Positions 27,899 through 37,824 of a DNA stretch of 41,616 nucleotides are shown piece after piece. Below the pieces are notes generated by a model. It searched no databases. It saw only the letters and a list, made by a program, of their open reading frames with translations, and had not been told where the DNA came from. A program made the position numbers and the translations under genes. Position 1 is the first letter of the stretch; each line of letters starts with the position of its first letter. Source of the DNA: a bacterium (lineage in GTDB: Bacteria; Hydrothermota; 32-111); NCBI GenBank assembly GCA_050239825.1, contig JBFXGO010000021.1, positions 1 through 41,616 of the forward strand. Direction: 5' to 3'.

Positions 27899-30640
27899 TT
27901 ATTTCCTTTTCAAGGCTTCCCTGTATGAGTCCCAAGTGAGAAGCTCTTTCTTTATCTCTTCCACCTGATTGTCGCCCGGTCTAAGAGCAAGCCATACATT
28001 CAAAAGTTCGAGAAGAATCATCGGCTCTGTCTTCTGCATATACATAAATCCTATAGTGGAGCCCAGTCTTTCAGGGTCTGTTTTCAAAAGAGAAACAACC
28101 GAATTGTAAGCGGCTGTGTCGGCTGTCTCTCTGTATATTTTCAAAAGCCCTGAGTAGCCCATTCCCTCTTTGGGAAACATTCCTGTAATCTCTATATAAA
28201 AGTTCAGTGCCTTGCCGTAATCGCCCTTCTCAAGGTTGATTTCTGCAAGCATCGCTTTGAGCATAATCTTTTTTTCTTCATTCAATTCCTGACTCAATGC
28301 ATCGGAAAGCTCCTTTTCTGCTTCATCATACCTTTCAAGGTCAAGGAGAAATCTGGAAATCTGCATTGTCACGGAATTTCTGTCATACACATAGAATTTT
28401 CTTCCCTGCCTCAGGTACTCCACGGATAGTTCAAGAGATTCAAGCTGAGCATAGTGAAGACCCAACTGCAGAAATCCTGCAGCATAATTTGTCATGATTC
28501 TGTCGATATTGTCATCCTTCTTGATTTTTTCATTTAGAATGTAGTCGTATTTGTAGACATCGAGTATGTTGCGCTTTGTTGTTTCAACATCAATCAAACT
28601 GGGATAATCTTCTGCCTCCTTCGTGCCTATTATCCTGTATGCAAGACCCTCAAGAAGCGCATTTTTCCTATAGGGAGAACGAGCATCTTCGGAAACCGTG
28701 ACTGAAAAATAGACATTTATTGAATCGCCCCTGTAGTTGTCCAAAACAAGCTTTTTGAAATTTTCATTGCTTGCATACAGAAGATGCCTTTCTGGTTTCA
28801 TGCCGGCAGAAGCGCATATAATGCTTCGTATGATTATATCCCTAATGTAAAGCACCTCATTGTTTTCAAGCCGCACGGGAACAAGTTTATCTATTTCCGA
28901 ATCACTGAGTCCGATTGGAACTCCATAGGAGCGCATCTGTTTGATATACCATGGAGTATTAAGCAGAGAGAGATTGCACACCATGACACCGGTCTTGTTT
29001 TTTCTGTCAAGCACTCTGTAATTTTTCACAATCTGTTCAAACCAGAGAGGATAAGTGTCATTGTCTCCGTTTGTGAAAACCACAGCATTGTCCTTCGGAG
29101 TGTCCAGCATATTTTTGGCATACTCATCGGCAATCCAGTTGTTTCTTCTGTTTACATTGGAGTTGATGTTTGCAAATAGAGGGGTCACAGCCAAAACCGC
29201 AAGGAGAATTATGGAGACAACCTGCATTCCGGAAAGCAGGAATCCCTCCCTCTTCTTTTTCTTAAGAGAAAGAATCAGCTCTCTCACGCCAAATGCGAAA
29301 AAGAACATAAACATGAAATATGAAGGAGCGTAAAAATAGTCTCTCTCCCTCACCTCTCTCTCAATATGCTTCGGATTCATGTCGGATGGGGAATATTTGA
29401 GATTAAGATATGTCACCAGCCCGGCAGACAGGAGAAGAAAAATGATGAATATGAGAATGAATGTCTTCTTCTCTCTCCTGTAGTGCATATAAATGCCGTA
29501 TAATCCGGTTGCGCTCACGAGAGCCATAAACAGTGATGAGAGTATTTTCACCAGAGCGGATGGCTGAAAAACCTCGGCTCTGAAGAAGGGAGAGAACTGC
29601 CATGAATAGTATTTAAAATACATTTTGAACTGCTCTGCCATTGCGCTTATGGTGCCGATGCCGTAATCGGTCTTTCTCGGAAGTATGTTCATCGGACCGT
29701 ACTGCTTTCTGTTGAAGACATCCCAAAGCTCCTTCATTGTAATGGGAGCGGCAATGTTAATGTAAGGATTATGTTTGGCTCTGATTATCAGAACTGCATA
29801 GGTTGATATTGAGACAAATATGAGAAGAATGTAAACTCCAAGATAGGAAAAAACCTTCACATAGTTGACTCTTTTGGCTTTGTTCATTGAATCTATAACC
29901 ACTACCGAAATAACAGCCAGGAAGATTCCGAGAATCAAAAGTCCGAGCACCTCTTTTGTCATAGCAAGATACATGAAAGCAAAGAAAATCGAAAATGCTA
30001 TCAAAGAGACCGAAAGGTCATAATACTTGTTCCATGCTATGATTATAAAAAAGAGGAGGGCGCCGGGAAGAGCAAGTAGAGGAAGCATATGTATTCCTAT
30101 TGAAAGCACTGCAATGTAGATTATAAGCATGACAAATTTGTCGTCATTTGACTCTTCAAGCCTATCCCACCAGATAAGCGACAAATATATGACCGTTAGA
30201 ATCATTAAAAGAGCAGGATTGTACACCTCAGCTTCGACTGCCGACTGCCAGAATGAGTAAAGGAATGAAGAAAGCAAGGAAGCAAAAAACGCAACTGCAT
30301 AGTTGACGGTCTCTTCCGCTTTGTCTGGCTGGGGATTGACTCTTCTGAATACCTTGATGAGTATGAGAAAGAGCATAACAACCGCAAGAGCGCTTGAAAT
30401 CGCCGAAAAGAGGTTTACCCTTAGAGCTACTTCCTTGACAAAAAAGAACAATTTGATGAACATGTTTCCCAAAAGTATCATGAGGGGCGTTCCCGGGGGA
30501 TGCGGCACTCCCAGCGAGTATGAGCATGATATGAATTCTCCGCAGTCCCAGAAAGGAAGAGTGGGAGTTATCGTAAACAGATATACTCCGAGCACCAGCG
30601 CAAAGAGTATTGCTGAAAGCACAAGTTCCTTCTTTTTCAT
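27899..30640 (-). CDS. DUF2723/TMEM260-like (GT117) membrane glycosyltransferase with C-terminal TPRs
   Basis: FWDCGEF, GVPHPPG.P, EAEVY, RERDYFY, FTNGDNDTYPLW. Confidence 0.88.
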   Translation of the reverse strand: MKKKELVLSAILFALVLGVYLFTITPTLPFWDCGEFISCSYSLGVPHPPGTPLMILLGNMFIKLFFFVKEVALRVNLFSAISSALAVVMLFLILIKVFRRVNPQPDKAEETVNYAVAFFASLLSSFLYSFWQSAVEAEVYNPALLMILTVIYLSLIWWDRLEESNDDKFVMLIIYIAVLSIGIHMLPLLALPGALLFFIIIAWNKYYDLSVSLIAFSIFFAFMYLAMTKEVLGLLILGIFLAVISVVVIDSMNKAKRVNYVKVFSYLGVYILLIFVSISTYAVLIIRAKHNPYINIAAPITMKELWDVFNRKQYGPMNILPRKTDYGIGTISAMAEQFKMYFKYYSWQFSPFFRAEVFQPSALVKILSSLFMALVSATGLYGIYMHYRREKKTFILIFIIFLLLSAGLVTYLNLKYSPSDMNPKHIEREVRERDYFYAPSYFMFMFFFAFGVRELILSLKKKKREGFLLSGMQVVSIILLAVLAVTPLFANINSNVNRRNNWIADEYAKNMLDTPKDNAVVFTNGDNDTYPLWFEQIVKNYRVLDRKNKTGVMVCNLSLLNTPWYIKQMRSYGVPIGLSDSEIDKLVPVRLENNEVLYIRDIIIRSIICASAGMKPERHLLYASNENFKKLVLDNYRGDSINVYFSVTVSEDARSPYRKNALLEGLAYRIIGTKEAEDYPSLIDVETTKRNILDVYKYDYILNEKIKKDDNIDRIMTNYAAGFLQLGLHYAQLESLELSVEYLRQGRKFYVYDRNSVTMQISRFLLDLERYDEAEKELSDALSQELNEEKKIMLKAMLAEINLEKGDYGKALNFYIEITGMFPKEGMGYSGLLKIYRETADTAAYNSVVSLLKTDPERLGSTIGFMYMQKTEPMILLELLNVWLALRPGDNQVEEIKKELLTWDSYREALKRK

Positions 30641-30648
30641 CAGACCTC

Positions 30649-31503
30649 CTAAATATTATTAAATTTCAATTTCCAAAAGCTTTTAAAATCAGGAAGATAA
30701 CCCACAGTCTCGATTATCGATGTAAAAATCGGATTATCTGTTCTACTCTTTCTGAGCATCGACAAAACATCCACCTGCACATAGAATTCATATCCTGCCA
30801 TGTAAATCCACCAAGGCCACTTTTCGCTATAGTCGGATTTATTGAACATGTCCCTGTTGAAAGACCAGTAAAAATAAACATTTTCCATCACTCCATAGTG
30901 TTTCAGCAGAGAGAGTCCGACTCCTGTTACATTGGCGGCAAAATCAAACAAATCAAATCCCTCTCCAATCTGATGGCCATCCATGTATTCCTCCATCAGT
31001 CCGAAACCAACTACAATCGCGCTTGCAGAATAAACAGACCAGTCTGAGAGTCTGTTTTTAAATTTTCCGGAACTCATTATGTAATATGTTCTGTCAAGAA
31101 GAGTGGCGACCGGCATCACAGGAAGATATGAAAATATGAAGTGAACTCCTTTGTCGCATTGAGTCTCCTGCGCAATCTCCTCAGACCATGGCTTTATGTA
31201 GAATTCTCTGTACTGGTCGGGCTCTGCATGGTTAGGGCTTGTGAATCTTGTCCATCTATCGGCAAAATACCACCTGAACTCCTCATTGGATGCAAAAACA
31301 AGAACAGTTGTAAATACCGCCGCAGGCACACCTATCTTGAAGGCGTCAGCTAAAACTTTGTTGTCATATACAACAATTTCATCAGCAGAGGGCGTTTTCC
31401 CGCTCAGTGCGTCAAGTGCGTTTACATTCATGCAAACTGCAAAAATGAGCAGAATGCTAATAAAACCTGCTGATTTCTCTTTCAAGAGTGTTTGCATCGA
31501 CAT
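30649..31503 (-). CDS. DUF2279/YfiM-like protein
   Basis: DKGVHF..SY and E..DG....GF...D..AN..G motifs; start uncertain. Confidence 0.55.
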   Translation of the reverse strand: MSMQTLLKEKSAGFISILLIFAVCMNVNALDALSGKTPSADEIVVYDNKVLADAFKIGVPAAVFTTVLVFASNEEFRWYFADRWTRFTSPNHAEPDQYREFYIKPWSEEIAQETQCDKGVHFIFSYLPVMPVATLLDRTYYIMSSGKFKNRLSDWSVYSASAIVVGFGLMEEYMDGHQIGEGFDLFDFAANVTGVGLSLLKHYGVMENVYFYWSFNRDMFNKSDYSEKWPWWIYMAGYEFYVQVDVLSMLRKSRTDNPIFTSIIETVGYLPDFKSFWKLKFNNI

Positions 31504-32197
31504 TGATTTTTAAATTTCCTTTCTCTGCAATGGATATGAATCTTCTCTCTTCTGATATCACTATTATAAGAGCATCCGATTCTTCAGAGAGACCGAGAGC
31601 CGCCCTATGCCTCGTACCGAGATTTATTCCGGGAAGCGGATTCTCCGATAACGGAAGTATGCATGAAGCGGCGACTATTTTTTCATCTTTGATGATCATC
31701 GCTCCGTCATGAAGGGGAGATTTAGGTGTGAAGATAGTCACGATAAGCTCGGAATTCAAATTGGCATTCAGAGGTGTTCCTGAATCTATTATGTGTTTTA
31801 AACCTATCTGCCCTTCAAGAACAATCAAAGCTCCTATGCCTCTGTCTGTGAGCTTCTGTACCGATTTGATAATTTCATCTATGATTGTCTTTCTTTCCTC
31901 TCTTATAAAATATCTTACTATCCTTGATTTTCCGATGTCAGTGAGCGCTCTCCTTATCTCCTGCTGAAATACTACTATGAAAGCAAGTATCCAGATGGAT
32001 TTCAAGGAATTGAGGATCCAGCTCAAAGCTCTGAACTGCATCAGATTTGAAAGAAATGTGATGATTAGTATAAGGGCTATTCCGATGAACATTTGTGTTG
32101 CTCTTGAGCCTCGTATAAATCTCAAAATCTGATAGACTGCAAAGGCAACAAGAATTATATCCATTATGTCAATGATAGTTATTTTAATCCCCGGCAT
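31457..32197 (-). CDS. cdaA: Diadenylate cyclase CdaA
   Basis: 3 N-terminal TM segments, FQQEIRRAL, PLHDGA, GTRHRAA, ISEE. Confidence 0.93.
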   Translation of the reverse strand: MPGIKITIIDIMDIILVAFAVYQILRFIRGSRATQMFIGIALILIITFLSNLMQFRALSWILNSLKSIWILAFIVVFQQEIRRALTDIGKSRIVRYFIREERKTIIDEIIKSVQKLTDRGIGALIVLEGQIGLKHIIDSGTPLNANLNSELIVTIFTPKSPLHDGAMIIKDEKIVAASCILPLSENPLPGINLGTRHRAALGLSEESDALIIVISEERRFISIAEKGNLKINVDANTLEREISRFY

Positions 32198-33374
32198 AGA
32201 GTATCTCTTCAGCTACTTTTAGAGCCTGATAATTCTCCCTTACATTGTGGACTCTGAATATCCTTGCGCCATTCAACAGAGCTGTTGTGTTGGCTCCGAC
32301 AGTGCCCAAAACTCTCTGTTTTTCATCCGCATCAAGAATGCTTCCTATGAATCTCTTGTTGGAAACCCCGACACAGACCGGTTTTCCCAGAGAGCGCAGT
32401 ATATCAATGTTTTTCAGCAGGTCAAGATTGTGCTCTTTTGTTTTGCCAAAACCTATTCCCGGGTCAACAGAGATTGAATAGGGGTCTATACCTGCTTTTT
32501 CCGCAATATCAACAGACTCCTCAAGATAGTCTGTCACCTCAAAAGGAGGATTTTCATAATAGGGGGAATCCTGCATCGATTTTGGAGAGCCCTTCATGTG
32601 CATAAGTATGCAAGCGGCTCTCTCCTTTGCTATGACTTCAGACATTCGTTTGTCAAATCTGAGTCCGCTTATGTCATTGATAATTGAAACACCCTCCTTG
32701 AGAGCGGCTTCAGCTATATTCGATTTATAAGTATCAAGAGAGAATATAATGCCTTCAAACCTCTTTATCGCTTTTTTCAAGAAAGGCATAACCCTTTCGA
32801 TTTCAACCCTCTCCTCTACAGGCTCACTGCCCGGTCGTGAAGATTCTCCTCCGACATCAATAATCTTTGCGCCCTCATTAAGCATCTGCTCCGTCTTCTT
32901 CAGGGCATCATCAACAGTTCTGTATGACCCTCCGTCGTAAAAAGAGTCTTTGGTCAGATTGAGAATGCCCATGATTACGAATCTGTCTTTTTCAAGCAGA
33001 TCCGCTCCCCTGACAAAGAATTTGTCTTTTAAATCAAGAGTCTCCACCATTGCATCTGCAATTTTTTCAAGAGAGAAGGGCTGTCCTTTCAGTTTTTCCT
33101 TTATCTTTTTCAACTGTGATTTTGTGCACATCACCATCATATCCGAAAGGTCTTTTTCTCCGGATATTACTCCCCTTCCCACAGAACAGTCGCATCCGAC
33201 GGAAAGCGCTGTCTGTTTTATTATATTTGCGGTCTCTGCCCTCACGCTTTTAATGAAAAAAAGCGGAAGACTGCATTTATTGTTTAATATCTCAAATGAA
33301 TAAGGGTCTGCCTTTGTTTGCTTTATCCAGTTCAACATGCTCTTTGAATCGCCTCTTAAAAGATATATTTTCAC
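32184..33374 (-). CDS. folP: Dihydropteroate synthase with N-terminal extension
   Basis: MGILNLTKDSFYDGG, DVGGESSRPG, NDISG, DPGIGFGK, SNKRF, RVHNV. Confidence 0.95.
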   Translation of the reverse strand: MKIYLLRGDSKSMLNWIKQTKADPYSFEILNNKCSLPLFFIKSVRAETANIIKQTALSVGCDCSVGRGVISGEKDLSDMMVMCTKSQLKKIKEKLKGQPFSLEKIADAMVETLDLKDKFFVRGADLLEKDRFVIMGILNLTKDSFYDGGSYRTVDDALKKTEQMLNEGAKIIDVGGESSRPGSEPVEERVEIERVMPFLKKAIKRFEGIIFSLDTYKSNIAEAALKEGVSIINDISGLRFDKRMSEVIAKERAACILMHMKGSPKSMQDSPYYENPPFEVTDYLEESVDIAEKAGIDPYSISVDPGIGFGKTKEHNLDLLKNIDILRSLGKPVCVGVSNKRFIGSILDADEKQRVLGTVGANTTALLNGARIFRVHNVRENYQALKVAEEILYAGD

Positions 33375-33973
33375 TTCTCTCTACCGGCTCCTATAAGATT
33401 CAATGCTTCTTCTCTTGTAATTGATTTTTTCATCACTCCTCTTACAGCGGATGTTGTCGTATTTACTCCCGGTTTTTTTATTCCGCGCATATAGAGGCAG
33501 AGTTGTTGGGCTTCAACTATAACAAGAACCCCCATGGGTTTCAAAAGGTCGACAAGAGTGTCAGCAATGTCGGTGGTCAGCCTCTCCTGAATCTGAGGCC
33601 TTTTAGAAAGAGTGTCCACAACCTCAAGAAGATTTGAAAATCCGGTTATTTTATCATTCGACGGTATGTATGCTATATGTACAAATCCAAAGAATGGCAA
33701 TAGGTGGTGTTCGCACATTGAGAAGAACGGAATAAACCTGAGCACAATCATCTCATCCTGATTTCTTGTCGTGTATAAAGTAACCTCTTTCTTAACATCC
33801 TTGTAGAGCCCTGAGAATATCTCCTTATACATCTCTGCCATTCTTCTCGGAGTCTCTCTCATGCCCTCTTTATTGATGTTGTCACCCAATGCCTCAACTA
33901 TGAGATTCACTCCTCTCTCAATTTTATCGACATCTATCTGTCTCTGCTTTTTATTTTTTAACGACATTTTCAT
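33371..33973 (-). CDS. folE: GTP cyclohydrolase I (type IA), atypical active site
   Basis: TPRR, SMCEHHLLPFFG, RPQIQERL, LC..MRG. Confidence 0.88.
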   Translation of the reverse strand: MKMSLKNKKQRQIDVDKIERGVNLIVEALGDNINKEGMRETPRRMAEMYKEIFSGLYKDVKKEVTLYTTRNQDEMIVLRFIPFFSMCEHHLLPFFGFVHIAYIPSNDKITGFSNLLEVVDTLSKRPQIQERLTTDIADTLVDLLKPMGVLVIVEAQQLCLYMRGIKKPGVNTTTSAVRGVMKKSITREEALNLIGAGREK

Positions 33974-34020
33974 CTTGAACACTCCCTTTTCCGGTTTTGT
34001 TCGGCAAGATGAAAGAATAT

Positions 34021-35898
34021 TTAAAATGGAATTTCATCTTCCTTTTTCTCCTTCTCCTGCTCCTTTAAAATTTCTCCTGGCTTCAAGTACACTGCAAGGT
34101 CTTTTCCTGCAAGTATGTCGTCAATGTCGTCGCTATCGAGAGTCTCCCGTTCTATTAAGTAGTCGGCCATTTTTATCATTTTATCAATATCCGCTTTGAG
34201 TATATCAGTGGCTCTTTTCAGAGATCTGTCTATTATCGCCTTTACCTCTTGGTCTATCATCGTTGCAGTCTGTTCGGAATAGTCCTTCTTCTGCATTATC
34301 TCCCTGCCGAGAAATACGGAATCATGGGGATTTGAATACTGCAGGGTGCCCAAACTTTCGCTCATTCCCCATTCGCAGACCATCTTATGGGCTATCTCAG
34401 TCGCTCTCTCTATATCATTTGATGCGCCTGTTGTCACATCTTCAAGAGCAAGGATCTCTGCCGCTCTTCCTCCAAGAAGAGATACGATATTGTCAAGCAG
34501 ATAATTCTTTGAATACATATGTCTGTCGTCAATCGGCAGAAATTGAGTCAAACCCAATGCCATGCCCCTTGGTATCACAGTTACTTTATGGACAGGATCG
34601 ACATGCTTCAATCTTTTTGAAACTATTACATGCCCGGATTCATGGTATGCGCTTATCTTTCTCTCATCTGGTGAAATAACGGCCGATTTGCGGGCAAGCC
34701 CCATAAGGACCTTGTCTTTTGATTCTTCAAAATCTGACATGTCAACAAAATTCTTGTCCCTTCTTGCCGCAAGGAGCGCCGCCTCATTCACCATATTCGC
34801 TATATCCGCTCCGGTGAATCCCGGAGTTGATTTTGCGAGTATTGTGAAATCGACATCAGGAGAGAGAGGAACCTTTCTGACATGAATTTTGAATATCTCC
34901 TCTCTGCCTTTTATATCAGGCCTGTCAATAACTATCCTTCTATCAAATCTGCCCGGCCTTAAAAGCGCTGGGTCGAGGATGTCAGGTCTGTTAGTAGCCG
35001 CCATTATTATCACTGCTTCGTCAGTTTCAAACCCATCCATCTCCACAAGAAGCTGATTGAGAGTCTGCTCCCGTTCGTCGTGTCCTCCTCCGATTCCAGC
35101 TCCGCGGTGACGCCCCACAGCGTCAATTTCGTCGATGAAAATTATGCACGGAGAGTTTGCTTTTGCCTTGTTAAACAAATCCCTTACTCTTGAAGCTCCC
35201 ACACCGACGAACATCTCGACAAAATCGGAACCGGATATTGAAAAGAACGGCACCTTTGCCTCTCCGGCGACTGCCTTTGCCATCAGAGTCTTTCCTGTAC
35301 CGGGGGAACCGAGAAGAAGAACTCCGCGCGGAATTCTCCCTCCAAGTCGGATATACTTTCCGGGATGTTTGAGAAAATCTATTATCTCCTGAAGCTCCTC
35401 TTTTGCCTCAACCGCGCCTGCAACATCTTTGAAGGTTTGCTTCGGCATCAGAATCAAAGTCGCAGTGGATTTGCCGAATGTAAATGCCTTGTTCTGCGAA
35501 TTTGACATTGATTTCATGAAAAAGTACCAGAAGAATACAATCATGGCGAGAGGTATAAGATAAGGAAGAACCTCGCTCCAAAAATTTGACGGCTCCTTCA
35601 CTTTCACATCAACTTTATAATAAATCAGGTCCTGAACAAGGTTGTTGTCTTCATAGGGAATGAGGGTTTTAAACTCTCTCCCGTTCTTATATTTCCCGCT
35701 TATATTCTTTTCGATAATGACAACATTCATGATGCTGTCGGATCTCATATCCTCATAGAATTTCGTATAGTCAATCTCTTTATTCGCATCCGAAAGTCCG
35801 CCGATAATTGCGGGAAGAAATAGAAATGCCAATATCAATATTACCCAGACTATAATTGAGCGCACCCTCGCATCCGCAAAAAACCTGTTTTTTTTCAT
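34021..35898 (-). CDS. ftsH: ATP-dependent zinc metalloprotease FtsH
   Basis: 2 TM segments, [27 protein letters not shown]. Confidence 0.97.
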   Translation of the reverse strand: MKKNRFFADARVRSIIVWVILILAFLFLPAIIGGLSDANKEIDYTKFYEDMRSDSIMNVVIIEKNISGKYKNGREFKTLIPYEDNNLVQDLIYYKVDVKVKEPSNFWSEVLPYLIPLAMIVFFWYFFMKSMSNSQNKAFTFGKSTATLILMPKQTFKDVAGAVEAKEELQEIIDFLKHPGKYIRLGGRIPRGVLLLGSPGTGKTLMAKAVAGEAKVPFFSISGSDFVEMFVGVGASRVRDLFNKAKANSPCIIFIDEIDAVGRHRGAGIGGGHDEREQTLNQLLVEMDGFETDEAVIIMAATNRPDILDPALLRPGRFDRRIVIDRPDIKGREEIFKIHVRKVPLSPDVDFTILAKSTPGFTGADIANMVNEAALLAARRDKNFVDMSDFEESKDKVLMGLARKSAVISPDERKISAYHESGHVIVSKRLKHVDPVHKVTVIPRGMALGLTQFLPIDDRHMYSKNYLLDNIVSLLGGRAAEILALEDVTTGASNDIERATEIAHKMVCEWGMSESLGTLQYSNPHDSVFLGREIMQKKDYSEQTATMIDQEVKAIIDRSLKRATDILKADIDKMIKMADYLIERETLDSDDIDDILAGKDLAVYLKPGEILKEQEKEKKEDEIPF

Positions 35899-36422
35899 TC
35901 AACCTCCGTTAAAATTCCTATGTATGGCAGATTCCTGTATAGCTGTTTGTAATCAAGGCCGAAACCCACAACAAATCTGTCTTCTATTTCAAAGCATGAA
36001 TAATCCGGTTTAATGTGAACTATTCTCCTTGACGGCTTGTCAAGCAGAGTCGCCAATTTGATTGATTTGGGATTGTTCACCAAAAGCTTTTCTTTTATCT
36101 TTGCAATAGTTTGTCCGGTATCCACTATATCTTCAACAATAAGGACATGCCTGTCTTCTATGTTTATTTTAATATCCTCTTCAATCCTGACATTTCCGGA
36201 AGAGGTCGTGGAATCCCCATAAGAAGAAATAGTCATGAAATCAATGTTCAAAGGCGTATCAATTCTCTTGACAAGCTCGGAGGCGAACATAAAAGCGCCT
36301 TTAAGTATTATTATGAATACCGGAGACTTTCCTTTGTATTCTTCATTGAGCTTAACAGATAGGGAATCTATTGATTTCATCAACTCTTCATTTGAAATGT
36401 ATGGTTCAATTCTTTTCAGCAT
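35895..36422 (-). CDS. hpt: Hypoxanthine phosphoribosyltransferase
   Basis: LKGA, VLIVEDIVDTGQT, LLDK, FVVGFGLD. Confidence 0.95.
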   Translation of the reverse strand: MLKRIEPYISNEELMKSIDSLSVKLNEEYKGKSPVFIIILKGAFMFASELVKRIDTPLNIDFMTISSYGDSTTSSGNVRIEEDIKINIEDRHVLIVEDIVDTGQTIAKIKEKLLVNNPKSIKLATLLDKPSRRIVHIKPDYSCFEIEDRFVVGFGLDYKQLYRNLPYIGILTEVE

Positions 36423-37743
36423 AGTATTTGTAACACCTCTTTTGTTTATTCAGCCTGTACAGCTCCGTTCTGCGAAGACTGCCGACAGCCAGTATTTCTT
36501 CCCTATCATTAACTAAAATAGGGATTCTCTTTCTCTCTTCAAGGGGCACCTTCATTCCCATAAGAAATCTGGATACGCGTTTTTTTCCTGCCATTCCGAA
36601 TGGAATGAATTCGTCTTTCGAACATATTACGCGCACATGAAACTCTTTCCCGGCTTCAAACGGAAAGTACATGCAGTATTTTCCAGTCTGCTTCTCTTTG
36701 GGAGAATCCGTCTTCTCAATCTTCAGAGTGTAGCCGTTGAACTCTCTCTCTCTATCAAGAATAAGAGCCGCTCTCTCTTCAATCGGCGAGCCGGCTTCCC
36801 GGGAGAACCTTATCTCGTCATAAGATTTGATTATGGAAAGATTCTTCTCATAAAAACTTATGTTGGGCTTTTTTGAAAGCGCAAGGGCGTCAATTCTTTC
36901 AATAAGAGATGCATCCACATAAAATTCCCTTGAGAGTATGTAATAGAGCAAATTTTTTCTTAATTTATTATTATAATATAAAATCTTTGAAATATCAAGA
37001 ATAAAAGGATTTCTGTTACGGACAATATGCAGGTCGTGCTCAATAATATAATCAAACATTTCAACAATCCCTATGGTATTCTCAAAAAATTTTGTGAAAT
37101 TGTTTATTCCGTTTTTTAATGATTCGTCCAATACGGGTATTATCCTTCTCCTTATTCTGTTTCTCGTGATGGATTCGTCCGAGTTTGTCTCATCCGTTAT
37201 GTACATTATCCTCTTTTTATCAAGAAAATCGGATATCTGCGCTTTTTTTAAAAAAATCAGAGGTTTGACAAATGCTTTGTTTATAAGTCTGTTGGATGCG
37301 ATTCCCCTTATCCCCGTGCCTCTTTCAATATTTATCAGGAATGTCTCCACAGAGTCATCGAGATTATGGCCTGTCATTATAAAATCTGCCATAAATCTCT
37401 CTGCCTCATCAACGAACATCCTTCTCCTCGACTCTCTCGCCGCCATCTCAAATCCTTTCTCCCGTCTCACTTGAGAGTCGACAGAATCATCTGAAAAAAG
37501 TTCTATTTCAACAGAATGCCTCTTACAGAGATCTTTTACGAATTTTTCCTCATAATCCGCGGATTCCCTTTCGTGATGGTTCATGTGCAGAACTTTAAAA
37601 CAAACTTTATGTTTTTTTCTGCAGTCGAGAAGAAACATGAACAGAAGCAATGAATCAGGTCCGCCGGACACCCCCGCAACAATTCTTTTGCCCCTTATAT
37701 CTATGTTGTTTTTGAGCAGATTATCAAAAATTGCTTTGTACAT
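36406..37743 (-). CDS. tilS: tRNA(Ile)-lysidine synthetase
   Basis: SGGPDS PP-loop, GHNLDD..ET, DETN, RNRIR. Start refined to MYKAIF. Confidence 0.93.
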   Translation of the reverse strand: MYKAIFDNLLKNNIDIRGKRIVAGVSGGPDSLLLFMFLLDCRKKHKVCFKVLHMNHHERESADYEEKFVKDLCKRHSVEIELFSDDSVDSQVRREKGFEMAARESRRRMFVDEAERFMADFIMTGHNLDDSVETFLINIERGTGIRGIASNRLINKAFVKPLIFLKKAQISDFLDKKRIMYITDETNSDESITRNRIRRRIIPVLDESLKNGINNFTKFFENTIGIVEMFDYIIEHDLHIVRNRNPFILDISKILYYNNKLRKNLLYYILSREFYVDASLIERIDALALSKKPNISFYEKNLSIIKSYDEIRFSREAGSPIEERAALILDREREFNGYTLKIEKTDSPKEKQTGKYCMYFPFEAGKEFHVRVICSKDEFIPFGMAGKKRVSRFLMGMKVPLEERKRIPILVNDREEILAVGSLRRTELYRLNKQKRCYKYYAEKN

Positions 37744-37824
37744 ATTAATATAATATACAAGAAAAATATAAATAATCAAGAACCAAAGAGAATAATCAAA
37801 CGGATTGCATTATTCTGCTTATAT

